A DNA stretch of 64,000 nucleotides from the sequence record LR756501.1; one strand, written 5' to 3'. Positions within the stretch are counted from its first letter, which is position 1; the number at the start of each line of letters is the position of its first letter. The notes under the pieces are model-generated. The model had not been told where the DNA came from and ran no database searches. It saw only the letters and a list, made by a program, of their open reading frames with translations. Below are positions 1-9,221 of this stretch, piece after piece. A program made the position numbers and the translations under genes.

Positions 1-165
1 AACGAAGCAATTGACGAACTTAAGAACGAACAAGCTTTATTGGAATCAGATAAATCTCTTAAATTAACTTTTGATAATTTATTAGTTCACAGACACAATC
101 TATACAAAGAACTTAACAAAACAAAAGACGAAAAAATTCAATTTAAGAAATCCTTATTGAAGTAA
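1..165 (+). CDS. 3' end of a hypothetical coiled-coil protein (partial)
   Basis: Open frame from base 1 (NEAIDELKNEQALLES...KKSLLK) to TAA at 163-165, followed by a terminator. Confidence 0.7.
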   Translation, partial: NEAIDELKNEQALLESDKSLKLTFDNLLVHRHNLYKELNKTKDEKIQFKKSLLK

Positions 166-185
166 TAATCAGACGTTTAAGCTGG

Positions 186-223
186 GTGCCCATATTTTAA
201 TGATAAATATGGGCACTTTTTTT
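186..223 (+). terminator. Intrinsic terminator
   Basis: 12-bp stem GTGCCCATATTT/AAATATGGGCAC followed by T7. Confidence 0.85.
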
Positions 224-389
224 AAACTTTTATATTCAGTGGGCGTATAAGTTTCGATTTGATTACTAAAGCATTACAGGCACCCTAGCAAAATTGAGCA
301 TCTCCTAACAAAAACAAGCTTTTCAAGCATCTTAGCTGTTAATTTCCTAACAAATTTTTTTAATACCCTTAAAAAATAATTAAAGATGC

Positions 390-764
390 ATGGCTAATTA
401 TCTTGATGATAACGAACTCTTCTACGAGATTGTCCTTAGCAAGGGCAAAGGCTTTCTAACCAAAAAAGCGGAAAGAATGTTTATAATGATTGGTGAGAAC
501 ATGATTCGTAAAAAGAATAATATGTACAAGACCCAAGACGATAAAAATGATTGTTTACAAACTGGATTACTATTCATGTTTGAGAAGTGGACCAACTTCA
601 ACGAAAAAAAGTACAAATTAGCACTTCCTTATTTTTCTGAAATTTTTAAGCGAGGAATGGCACAAGGTTATAATGACTTAACCAATAAAAAGACTAATCA
701 AGAAAAAATTGTAATGATCAGTTTAGATTCTTGTAATGATGGCGAAGGATTCCATAATTTTTAA
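390..764 (+). CDS. gp55: T4 gp55-like late sigma factor
   Basis: Short sigma region-2-only protein: YLDDNELF start, DDKNDCLQTG, LALPYFSEIFKRG (cf. NPFAYFTQI motif of gp55-like proteins); lies upstream of the head genes. Confidence 0.7.
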   Translation: MANYLDDNELFYEIVLSKGKGFLTKKAERMFIMIGENMIRKKNNMYKTQDDKNDCLQTGLLFMFEKWTNFNEKKYKLALPYFSEIFKRGMAQGYNDLTNKKTNQEKIVMISLDSCNDGEGFHNF

Positions 765-815
765 AATAAAAAAGGTCATAGTTTTCAAAACGGAAAATTA
801 TGACCTTTTTTATTT
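764..815. terminator. Long perfect hairpin, probably a bidirectional terminator, abutting a late promoter
   Basis: 17-bp perfect inverted repeat AAATAAAAAAGGTCATA (764-780) / TATGACCTTTTTTATTT (799-815). Confidence 0.75.
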
Positions 816-823
816 AATATATA
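816..823 (+). promoter_or_regulatory. Putative late promoter AATATATA (representative copy)
   Basis: T-tract followed by AATATATA; the same motif recurs upstream of at least 16 genes or operons in the window. Confidence 0.65.
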
Positions 824-842
824 ATGTAAAGACAAAGTAAAT

Positions 843-998
843 ATGGATAAAGATAAAAAAATTTTATTTAATTTCAGAATTCATAAAGAATTGTATAATT
901 ATTTATCGAGAAAATCAAAAGATAATTATACTACAATGACTCAATATATTATAGATTTAATAAAAAAAGATAAGGAACTTGATGGGAAAAATTTGTAA
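843..998 (+). CDS. Ribbon-helix-helix (Arc/CopG-like) DNA-binding protein, 51 aa, not in ORF track
   Basis: MDKDKKILFNFRIHKELYNYLSRKSKDNYTTMTQYIIDLIKKDKELDGKNL: alternating beta strand then two helices; overlaps the HNH start. Confidence 0.7.
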   Translation: MDKDKKILFNFRIHKELYNYLSRKSKDNYTTMTQYIIDLIKKDKELDGKNL

Positions 999-1581
999 AA
1001 AATGTGGTGAAGAAAAAGAGATTATTCCGAAAACAACTCTGTGTAAAGAATGCGTGAAAGAAAGGAAAAAAATATACACTTCTACATATTTTAATAAACA
1101 TAAGGATGATCTATTATCTAGATCTAGAAAATACTATCAAAATAATAAAGAAAAACATAAAATATCAGTTAACAATTGGATAAGTAATAATAAAGAACAT
1201 AGATTAGAAACAGAAAGAATAAGAAAAAAGAAAGATAGAAAATTAAGGCCTTACATTCATGCTTGGAGAGATTCATTAAAGAGTGCTTTAGATAGATTAG
1301 GTAGGAAAAAAGAAGGACACACTATTGATATTTTAGGATATTCTGCAATACAATTAAAAGAACATATTGAGAAACAATTCACAGAAGGAATGTCCTGGAA
1401 TAACTATGGTGAATGGCAAATAGATCATATAAAAGAGGTCTGCACTTTTGATGAAAACACCCCAATTCACGTAGTAAATTCTTTAGATAATCTGCAACCT
1501 TTATGGTATAAAGAAAATCTGGATAAATGGTTTTCTTTAAAAAAGAAATTAAAAGACAATGGGATATCGAGCCAAGCCTAA
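982..1581 (+). CDS. HNH homing endonuclease-like protein
   Basis: N-terminal CxxC...CxxC; GMSWNNYGEWQIDHI...NLQPLWYKEN pattern typical of phage and giant-virus HNH nucleases; ATG at 982. Confidence 0.85.
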   Translation: MGKICKKCGEEKEIIPKTTLCKECVKERKKIYTSTYFNKHKDDLLSRSRKYYQNNKEKHKISVNNWISNNKEHRLETERIRKKKDRKLRPYIHAWRDSLKSALDRLGRKKEGHTIDILGYSAIQLKEHIEKQFTEGMSWNNYGEWQIDHIKEVCTFDENTPIHVVNSLDNLQPLWYKENLDKWFSLKKKLKDNGISSQA

Positions 1582-2080
1582 TTCACCGAAAAGATCAGAC
1601 GGTAAGGATAAGTATAAACAAGGAACTTATAATTTAATTAATCCATCCAAGTATTTAGGGGATCCGTCAGTTATATACTGGAGGTCTTCTTGGGAATATA
1701 AACTTTATTTTTTTCTCGATAACGAACCAAGAGTGTTGAAATGGAATGTTGAAGGCACAACGATTCCATATGAAATAGAAATTAATGAAAGATGGGAAAC
1801 TTGTAGGTATCACCCAGATTGTTATTGTGAAATTCAAAAATTGGATGGTTCAATATCCAAAACACTATTAGAAATAAAACCATATGCTGAAACTATACCA
1901 CCAGTATATCCAAAAAGAGTTACTGCCAAATCTCTCGAAAACCATGAGTATAGACAAAAAATGTTCTTGAGAAATCTAGCTAAATGGACAGCAGCCAAGA
2001 AATATTGCGATAAAAAGGGAATAGATTTTCATGTTATGACTGAAAAATTTTTTGAAGGTCATTCAGTAAAAATCTTTTAA
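1559..2080 (+). CDS. gp4: Head completion nuclease (T4 gp4-like, TnsA-like fold)
   Basis: YKQGTYNLINPSKYLGD, RSSWE, RYHPD, LLEIKP, NLAKWTAAKKYC...FHVMTE. Confidence 0.9.
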   Translation: MGYRAKPNSPKRSDGKDKYKQGTYNLINPSKYLGDPSVIYWRSSWEYKLYFFLDNEPRVLKWNVEGTTIPYEIEINERWETCRYHPDCYCEIQKLDGSISKTLLEIKPYAETIPPVYPKRVTAKSLENHEYRQKMFLRNLAKWTAAKKYCDKKGIDFHVMTEKFFEGHSVKIF

Positions 2081-2098
2081 GTAAAAGTATTTTAAAAT

Positions 2099-2857
2099 AT
2101 GGCAGATACATTCGCTTCATATTGTAGTGCGTTAATGGGACAATATAATAACGCCATGAAACCGTTGGTTGAAGATTCTACTGAAATGATTTTTAAATTT
2201 ATTCTTAAAAATCCGAATCTTCAAGTAAGAAGATCAATGAATGGAACTATTACTCTCGGTAAATTTTATATGATACAATATAATTACAACGGTAATAAAA
2301 TATGGTGTCCAATTTTTGTTATAGATGACAGGTACAGTACTGAATTACAAAAGAGAATAATATATGCTATAAATTTTGACTATCTTCCTTATCGTTATAA
2401 AATAGTTTATTTAGATAAATTATTTAAAATGTTTTCATCTATTATAGAAAGAAATAAAGCGAATAACGATAACGGAAACACTGTGAACGAAGAGATACCA
2501 ATGAAAGTGAATTTTGAATCTGTGTATATGACTCTTAAAAATAACGGTAATTTTAATTACGCTATAACAGCTTACGATTTTACAAAAATAGTTGGAATAG
2601 GTGCAGATCCTCAAATATACGGAATATCTACAACTATAATGAGTAGATTTATTTTCATAGATACAAAAATTATAAATAAAAGAGTTATGATGGACGCTAT
2701 CAAAGACTCAGATGTTGAAAGAGAAAAAGAAAAATTAAAAGAGATTTTAGAATTTTACGAAAAAACTGCTTTCGATTACGAAAATGACGTAAAAGAATAT
2801 TACCAGCAACTAAAATTACTTGAAAATCATTATAAAATCTATGAAAATCCCAAATGA
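2099..2857 (+). CDS. DNA end protector-like protein (T4 gp2-like)
   Basis: GKFYMIQY...PIFVID...AINFDYLPYRYK resembles the gp2 pattern GxMYxFxY...PLI...GLNLHYLP; position next to gp4. Confidence 0.5.
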   Translation: MADTFASYCSALMGQYNNAMKPLVEDSTEMIFKFILKNPNLQVRRSMNGTITLGKFYMIQYNYNGNKIWCPIFVIDDRYSTELQKRIIYAINFDYLPYRYKIVYLDKLFKMFSSIIERNKANNDNGNTVNEEIPMKVNFESVYMTLKNNGNFNYAITAYDFTKIVGIGADPQIYGISTTIMSRFIFIDTKIINKRVMMDAIKDSDVEREKEKLKEILEFYEKTAFDYENDVKEYYQQLKLLENHYKIYENPK

Positions 2858-2908
2858 TAAAAATGACATGAAAAAATTTATATATACTTAAAAATTAATT
2901 ATTAACAA

Positions 2909-4735
2909 ATGGCAAGCTATGATAGATATAGAGGAAACCAAAATCAAACAAACACAACAAATTTTGGTCTATTTAACAGAATATTAAGAGGACTATCCAC
3001 TATGTTTGGTGGATTAGAATATAACGATATGCGTATTAGAAACGCTTATTCTATTGGTGTGCACGAAGAAACAACAGACGTTCTTTACCAGCCTAATAGT
3101 TCAAATATGTATGATTTGTTCACAAAGAAAACTATTGCTAGATTCTTGGACAAAAAATCAATCGCTTATCTTGATAGAACATATCTTGATAAAAGAAAAA
3201 TTCTTAGACAATATTCTATTAAAGACGAAATAAAAGATTTTATTACACAAATCGCAGATGAATGTATAATCTACGACGAAAATAATAGATTTTGTTTTGT
3301 AAAAGATTTACCAGATAATTACGAACAAACTATTCGTCAAAAATATCAAGAAAACTTCTCAAAACTTATTAATACTTTTAATTTTAACGAAGGACAAATT
3401 GCTTGGAATTATCTCAAAAATCTTCTTATAGATGGTTATATCTCTTACGAAATTGTTTACGACGATAAACAAAAAACTATTATTGACTTAGCACCAATAG
3501 ATCCTATTACTCTTATCGTTGCTACAGATCCAAATACTAATACTATGATTTGGATTCAACATCCTGATAACCCAGCACTTAGAAGAATATTATTGGATTC
3601 ACAGATTATTTATATTTCTTATTCTAATAATAATGAGTACGGTGAAACTTCATACGTAGAGAATTTAATTAGACCTTTCAATCAATTAAAAATGATTGAG
3701 CAGGCAAGATTACTTTATAATATTAATCAGGCTTCAATTTATAAAAAGTTTGTTATTCCTGTTGGGGGTTTAACTCGTCAACAAGCTGAGCAACAGATTT
3801 ATGAATTGATGAGTGAATATCACGATGATGTGCAGTGGGATGAAAGAATGGGTACTGTATCTATTAATGGGCAGACTAATATTCCTTTCAGTAAGGACTT
3901 TTGGTTTCCAGATGGAACAGCAGGAACACCAAATATTGAAATTTTACAACCAACACAAGTAAATTTAAATGAAGATATAGTTCTTCAATGGTTTTATAAA
4001 ATTTTAAAAAGAGCAAGTAAACTTCCTTTCCAAAGATTTGATGAAGATAATGGTGGTGGTTCATATGCTTATGATTCAAGTGCAGCTATTACTAGAGATG
4101 AAGTTAAGTTTAAGAATTTTATTTGTAGAATAAGAACTATTTTCAAAGAAATTTTAGTTAAGCCTTTGAAGATTCAGATGATTTTGGATTTCCCAGAATT
4201 AAAAGACGATATTGATTTTAACAACGCTCTTAAATTAGAATTTATTTCTGATACAATGTTTGAAGAATGGCGTCATTTAAAGAATATGAATGAAAGAGCA
4301 ACTATTGCTAGTACTTTGAGTTCGTCTTTACAAGACGCCGAAGGTAAACCTTATTTAAGTATTGAGTGGATTGTTCGTCATATTATGAAATTTACTGACG
4401 CTGATATTGAAGAAAACAACAAATATAAAGCTCTAGAACGTCAAAGAATGGGCGGAGCAGGTGCTGCTGAAGGTGAAGCTGGAGGTGGTGAATTTGGTGG
4501 CGGAGGCGGTGGCTTCGGCGGAGGCGGTGGCTTCGGAGGTGGAGCTGAAATGGGTGGCGGTGGCGCTCAATTCGGTGGTGGAGCACAAGCTGGCGGCGGA
4601 GCTCAATTCGGAGGAGCACAGGGTGGAGCACAGGGAGGTGCCCAAGGCGGAGCACAAGGTGGTCAGGCACCACCACAAGGCGGTGGGCAAGCCCCACCAG
4701 CACAAGGCGGTGGAGGACAAGCACCAACATTTTAA
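2909..4735 (+). CDS. gp20: Portal vertex protein with Gly/Gln-rich C-terminal tail
   Basis: LLIDGYISYE, QLKMIEQARLLY, KDFWFPDG...PNIEIL, ITRDEVKFKNFICRIRTIF are T4-type portal motifs. Confidence 0.95.
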   Translation: MASYDRYRGNQNQTNTTNFGLFNRILRGLSTMFGGLEYNDMRIRNAYSIGVHEETTDVLYQPNSSNMYDLFTKKTIARFLDKKSIAYLDRTYLDKRKILRQYSIKDEIKDFITQIADECIIYDENNRFCFVKDLPDNYEQTIRQKYQENFSKLINTFNFNEGQIAWNYLKNLLIDGYISYEIVYDDKQKTIIDLAPIDPITLIVATDPNTNTMIWIQHPDNPALRRILLDSQIIYISYSNNNEYGETSYVENLIRPFNQLKMIEQARLLYNINQASIYKKFVIPVGGLTRQQAEQQIYELMSEYHDDVQWDERMGTVSINGQTNIPFSKDFWFPDGTAGTPNIEILQPTQVNLNEDIVLQWFYKILKRASKLPFQRFDEDNGGGSYAYDSSAAITRDEVKFKNFICRIRTIFKEILVKPLKIQMILDFPELKDDIDFNNALKLEFISDTMFEEWRHLKNMNERATIASTLSSSLQDAEGKPYLSIEWIVRHIMKFTDADIEENNKYKALERQRMGGAGAAEGEAGGGEFGGGGGGFGGGGGFGGGAEMGGGGAQFGGGAQAGGGAQFGGAQGGAQGGAQGGAQGGQAPPQGGGQAPPAQGGGGQAPTF

Positions 4736-4742
4736 ACATAAA

Positions 4743-4768
4743 GACCTCACTATTAAGTGGGGTTTTTT
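4743..4768 (+). terminator. Intrinsic terminator after portal
   Basis: Stem GACCTCACT/AGTGGGGTT followed by a T-run. Confidence 0.75.
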
Positions 4769-4852
4769 ATTGCTATTATCGTAACAACCTTGAAATGGAA
4801 AAAATAGGCTTTTTTTAACTAATATATATCTCTAAAATAAGTTAAAACGATA

Positions 4853-7276
4853 ATGATAAAAAACGTTCTTATTGTTGAAAATTCTATTAATGGTTTAAAA
4901 AAAATAAATGAAGCTGTCGCTCCATCCGGGAAGCGTCAGTATATTCTTGGTGGTATCTTCACAGAGTTTAATGTGAAGAATAGAAACGATAGGATATATC
5001 AAGCTGATAGATTTTTACCCCATTTAGAAGAATTATTAGAGAGAAAGAAAACACTGGGTGTGGTATATGGGGAATTTGATCATCCAGATGTTTTTGATAC
5101 TAGTTTAGGCAGGGTATCTCATACAGTTGAAAGTGCTTTTTTTGTAAAAGAAAAGAATAGAGTAGATGGTGAAATTAGATTACTAAATACTCACTGGGGC
5201 AAGGAAGCCCAAGCACTGATAGATGATGGATGCCCTATTTTTGTTTCATCACGCGCCGCAGGTATAACAGAGTCTAATGGCGAAGTAACTATTAAAAAAC
5301 TTTTTACCTATGATGCAGTGGCTGATCCCGGATTTAGTTCTGCTAAAATGGAACTCCGCACAATCAACGAATCATTGGGATTCAATGAGAGTGCTAACTT
5401 TAGGATATATGATATATCCGACGAGTCAAAAATAAACGATTTGTTCAATATGGATAAAAATGAATTTGTAACAAAAGAACAGATGGAAAAGTACTCGAAT
5501 TATTTAACAGACCAAATCACAAAAGCAAAAGGTGAAATCAATGAAGCCGTTACAAAAGGCGACTTTGATCCCGCAAAGTTGAATGATTTATATGAGAAGT
5601 ATGATTCCTTCCAAGAAGGCTTCCAGAAAATAGCCTCCTATCTTGATTACTTAGCAGAAACAGTGCAGGTAGTAGTCCAAGAAAACAAAAAGATTAAAAA
5701 AACCAACGAAAAGTTAGAACTCAGATTGGAAAGAACTAAAGACAAGACTGAGAAAATTATCGAACACAACGACTATTTAGCCGGTGAGCTCGAAAAAGCA
5801 ATTAACTACACAGAATACGTTGCAGAAGCCGTAGATAAATCTATCGATTATTCAAATTACATTGCTGAAACATTAGACAAATCAATTGATTTCTCAGAAT
5901 ACATTGCTGAAAATGTTGATAATACTATCAAATACTCAGAATACATCGCTGAAAATCTTGATAAATCTATTGATTATTCACAATATATTGCTGAAAATCT
6001 AGAAAAGAATATCGCTTACGCAGAGTACATTGCAGAACACGTTGATAACAACATTAAATACGCTGAATACATCGCAGAACATGTTGATAACAACATCAAA
6101 TACGCCGAATATATCGCAGAACACGTTGATAACAGTATTAAATACACAGAATATGTAGGTGAACAACTTGATAACAGTATTAAGTATTCAGAATACATCG
6201 CTGAGAATTTAACTGATAACATCGCTTACGGTAATTATTTAGCTGAAGCAATAGATAAAAACATCGAATACAATAAGTATATCGCTGAAAAACTAAATTC
6301 AAAAGGAACCATGATAAAAGAAGGTATCGAATCACCAGAACAAAAAATGGGTAATTTTAAAACTGATTCAGTTGCAAAATATTACGATGAAGACGAAACT
6401 ATGGATGATATGACTCAAGCTCAACCAGCACAAGCACAAGGTCAAGCACAACCAGGAGCTCAACCACAGGCACAAGCCCAAGGTCAAGTTCAAGGTCAGG
6501 CTCAAGGTCTTGAAGGTGAAGAGGATGAGGATATTGACGTAGAAGGAGTAAATGCACAGGAAATCCAAGATGAGGAAAGTAAATCTGAATTAACTCCAGG
6601 TCAAGTCGTTAAAATAGATGATGATAAAACAGGTGAAATTTTAGCTATGAACGCTGATAATGGAATCGCTGTTGTTAAATTATCTGATACTGGCGAAGTT
6701 CAAGAAATCCAAGAATCTAGGTTATCAATCATTGGTGACAGAATTTATGATTCAGAAAACACATTAAAGAAATTGATCTTAAAGCAAATAAATGAGTCCA
6801 AAAAACGTGAGGCCTCTAAAGACAATAACCCTCACTTCTTAGAATTTTTATCAGAAAGAAAAAAGGCTGCTTATTACAACCTTTCACAAGAAGATAAAGA
6901 GAAAGTAGTAGTTGCGATGAACGAAAGCAAATATTACACAAACGAGAACGAAGTGTTAACAATCATGGCTAAGGCATTAACCACAGCCGAAAGAAGCTTT
7001 AATGAAACATTGATCGACAATCTCCCTGCCGATCTTAGACCTATTTGGGAGAGCTTAAAACCAGAAGTACAAGGTAGTATTTTAAGTAGCGCACAATTCT
7101 ATACAAACTTGACTGAGGAAAAAATGGAAAGTTTCTGGAATAGTAGAAACCTCCATGAATATGCAAAGAAAAACATGGGTAAGGTGACTTTGTTAAAAGA
7201 AAGTAATAACAAATTTGATAACACCAAACTTAGTGATAATCAGATAGAAGCATATTTGAAAAGATTACAAAGGTAA
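4853..7276 (+). CDS. gp21: Prohead core protease (gp21-like) fused to a scaffold-like coiled-coil region
   Basis: KNRNDRIY, GEFDHP, VSSRAAG, YDAVADPGFSSA in the first ~170 aa; then a long acidic coiled coil; sits between portal and capsid. Confidence 0.9.
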   Translation: MIKNVLIVENSINGLKKINEAVAPSGKRQYILGGIFTEFNVKNRNDRIYQADRFLPHLEELLERKKTLGVVYGEFDHPDVFDTSLGRVSHTVESAFFVKEKNRVDGEIRLLNTHWGKEAQALIDDGCPIFVSSRAAGITESNGEVTIKKLFTYDAVADPGFSSAKMELRTINESLGFNESANFRIYDISDESKINDLFNMDKNEFVTKEQMEKYSNYLTDQITKAKGEINEAVTKGDFDPAKLNDLYEKYDSFQEGFQKIASYLDYLAETVQVVVQENKKIKKTNEKLELRLERTKDKTEKIIEHNDYLAGELEKAINYTEYVAEAVDKSIDYSNYIAETLDKSIDFSEYIAENVDNTIKYSEYIAENLDKSIDYSQYIAENLEKNIAYAEYIAEHVDNNIKYAEYIAEHVDNNIKYAEYIAEHVDNSIKYTEYVGEQLDNSIKYSEYIAENLTDNIAYGNYLAEAIDKNIEYNKYIAEKLNSKGTMIKEGIESPEQKMGNFKTDSVAKYYDEDETMDDMTQAQPAQAQGQAQPGAQPQAQAQGQVQGQAQGLEGEEDEDIDVEGVNAQEIQDEESKSELTPGQVVKIDDDKTGEILAMNADNGIAVVKLSDTGEVQEIQESRLSIIGDRIYDSENTLKKLILKQINESKKREASKDNNPHFLEFLSERKKAAYYNLSQEDKEKVVVAMNESKYYTNENEVLTIMAKALTTAERSFNETLIDNLPADLRPIWESLKPEVQGSILSSAQFYTNLTEEKMESFWNSRNLHEYAKKNMGKVTLLKESNNKFDNTKLSDNQIEAYLKRLQR
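5765..6300 (+). repeat. About 13 tandem 42-bp / 14-aa repeats (YAEYIAEHVDNNIK consensus) in the scaffold region
   Basis: Directly visible in the translation; central units nearly identical at DNA level. Confidence 0.95.
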
Positions 7277-7354
7277 TTATTGTTTGATGTATCAAGCATT
7301 TTGGAAAAAAATGACTTTTTAAATCAAATATATAATAAAAAAAAACTTAAAAAA

Positions 7355-9106
7355 ATGAATTTTATAGTTGACAGTGCGAAAGCAATGAAAAAATGGGCAC
7401 CAATCTTAGACGCTCTCAGAGTAGTTGATGATGAAAAAAGAGCATGGATGTCCGAGTATGCAGAAATGCATCAGATGAATGAAAATGTTGGTTATGCCAC
7501 ATTAAATCAAAATGGTATGGGTAGAGTTCTTGCTCCAGTAATCTCCACAATTCCAGGTGCAACTTGGCAAGCTGATGGAACAATTGGTTCAGGTGACGTA
7601 GCTCAAAACTTACTCCCAGTAGCAATGAAGATTGCCGCTCAAACTATCGGTTTGGACTTAGTAGCTGTTAAACCAACTGCTTCTCCAAGAATCGAATTAC
7701 TCTTTGTTGACTTTAAGTATGATAATGCTTATGGTGATGGTATCCGTGAGGACGCTGAAGCAAGACAAAGACCATTAGTTTTCAAAGTAAAGACTACTAG
7801 CACAGCTACAGATTTACTTTTAAAACAAGCTATCCAATTACAACTCAATTTATTGAGCATTCAAGAAAGAGTTGGTGGTTTAACCAAGAGATGTTGGGTA
7901 CATATTGGTGCAGGTGGAGCAGTAGCTTATTTCTCTACACCTCCTGTAACTTACACAAACTGGATGGAATTCTTAGGATTCTCCAGAATTGATGGACACC
8001 CAATGTTCAGAATTTACAGACAAGCTGGCTTCTCAGTTGGATCATTAGTTCCACAAGATGCATCAGGAACAGGAAACATTTGGGACGCAGCTCTCAATAC
8101 ATTCCCACAAACTGGAGCAATTACTGATTATTTAGCATCAGGTATTGCTACTTTAACTGGTTTAACCTCAACAGGTATCACAGCATCGGGTGCTACATAC
8201 TCAATTGAGTTAGTATCATTACTCGAAGATCACATTCCAGGATTCAGCGCAGGTTGGACATCCAATATGGAAAATGGTTGGGAAGGTCCAATGACCAGAT
8301 ATCAAGATGAAAAAACCTATCCAGGTGTTATCGGTCCTGACGTGTTTACCAAGTCAGTACAAGTCGGTGATATCGAAATCTCCTCAACATTGAAGAGAAC
8401 CCAAATTGAAGATATCAAGGCCGCAACTGGTATGGATATCGTTCAAAAACTTGAAGGAGTTCTTATTAACGAACTTACCCAAGTTATTTCCAAGGAAATC
8501 GTTGGTAAAATTAGAAACCTCGCTCTTAAGAACAGAGTTTCTTACACAGCTCCTAAGGCCGTTGATGGTGTAACATCCAAATTCGACTTAGACGTTGATG
8601 ATTACTTAACACACCTTGGTACAGGTATGGGTGAAACAACTCACTCAGTTCAAAGAAAGCTTATCGCTAAATTGAACAATGCCTCTAACTTCATCGCAAC
8701 AGATGGTAGAATAGGACCAGCTCAATATTTGGTTACAAACGGTAACTTAGCTTCCGTTATCCAAGATATCGCTGGTTATACAATCAACCCAGTTAACGCT
8801 GGTAAGTTGAACACCAACGGTCAACTCTACCCAATGGGTAATGTTGGTCAAATCGCAATCTATGTAGATCCTTACATGAGATGGGATGATAACTACATCT
8901 ATTTAGGAAGAAAGAACTCAGTTGACCAACCAGGTCTTCTCTTTATCCCTTATTTGATGGCTCAATCAATTTCACTTATCAGTGAAGCAACTTGGGCTCC
9001 CAGAATGCTCATAAGATCAAGATATGCAGTAGCTGATATTGGTTTCTTCCCAGAAAAACAATTTATGGCTATTAAGGTTACCGACACAAACGGTGTACTT
9101 ATCTAA
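7355..9106 (+). CDS. gp23: Major capsid protein (T4 gp23-like)
   Basis: MNFIVDSAKAMKKWAPILD start after an AATATATA promoter at 7327; DLVAVKPT, ELTQVISKEI, IAIYVDPY, GLLFIPY, RSRYAVA; likely maturation cleavage at MNE. Confidence 0.95.
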   Translation: MNFIVDSAKAMKKWAPILDALRVVDDEKRAWMSEYAEMHQMNENVGYATLNQNGMGRVLAPVISTIPGATWQADGTIGSGDVAQNLLPVAMKIAAQTIGLDLVAVKPTASPRIELLFVDFKYDNAYGDGIREDAEARQRPLVFKVKTTSTATDLLLKQAIQLQLNLLSIQERVGGLTKRCWVHIGAGGAVAYFSTPPVTYTNWMEFLGFSRIDGHPMFRIYRQAGFSVGSLVPQDASGTGNIWDAALNTFPQTGAITDYLASGIATLTGLTSTGITASGATYSIELVSLLEDHIPGFSAGWTSNMENGWEGPMTRYQDEKTYPGVIGPDVFTKSVQVGDIEISSTLKRTQIEDIKAATGMDIVQKLEGVLINELTQVISKEIVGKIRNLALKNRVSYTAPKAVDGVTSKFDLDVDDYLTHLGTGMGETTHSVQRKLIAKLNNASNFIATDGRIGPAQYLVTNGNLASVIQDIAGYTINPVNAGKLNTNGQLYPMGNVGQIAIYVDPYMRWDDNYIYLGRKNSVDQPGLLFIPYLMAQSISLISEATWAPRMLIRSRYAVADIGFFPEKQFMAIKVTDTNGVLI

Positions 9107-9142
9107 TCGAACTACTGATAATTATATTATCATAGTAAACTC

Positions 9143-9175
9143 AAAAAGACCCGGTATTGTACTGGGTCTTTTTTT
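9143..9175 (+). terminator. Intrinsic terminator after capsid gene
   Basis: AAAAAGACCC...GGGTCTTTTTTT. Confidence 0.85.
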
Positions 9176-9221
9176 ATGTTCGAACCACAAAGGTTTAATA
9201 TATAAAAATAAAAAAAGCGCT

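Noticed and set aside
4392-4784. Alternative-frame and antisense ORFs over the portal tail
   Set aside because: By-products of the GC-rich Gly/Gln repeat with few stop codons.
7280-7354. Longer ORF-track starts (7280, 9039, 10514, 15133, 17750, 50266, 62525)
   Set aside because: The extensions span terminators or AATATATA promoters or overlap upstream genes. Downstream ATGs give CTS or family-typical N-termini.
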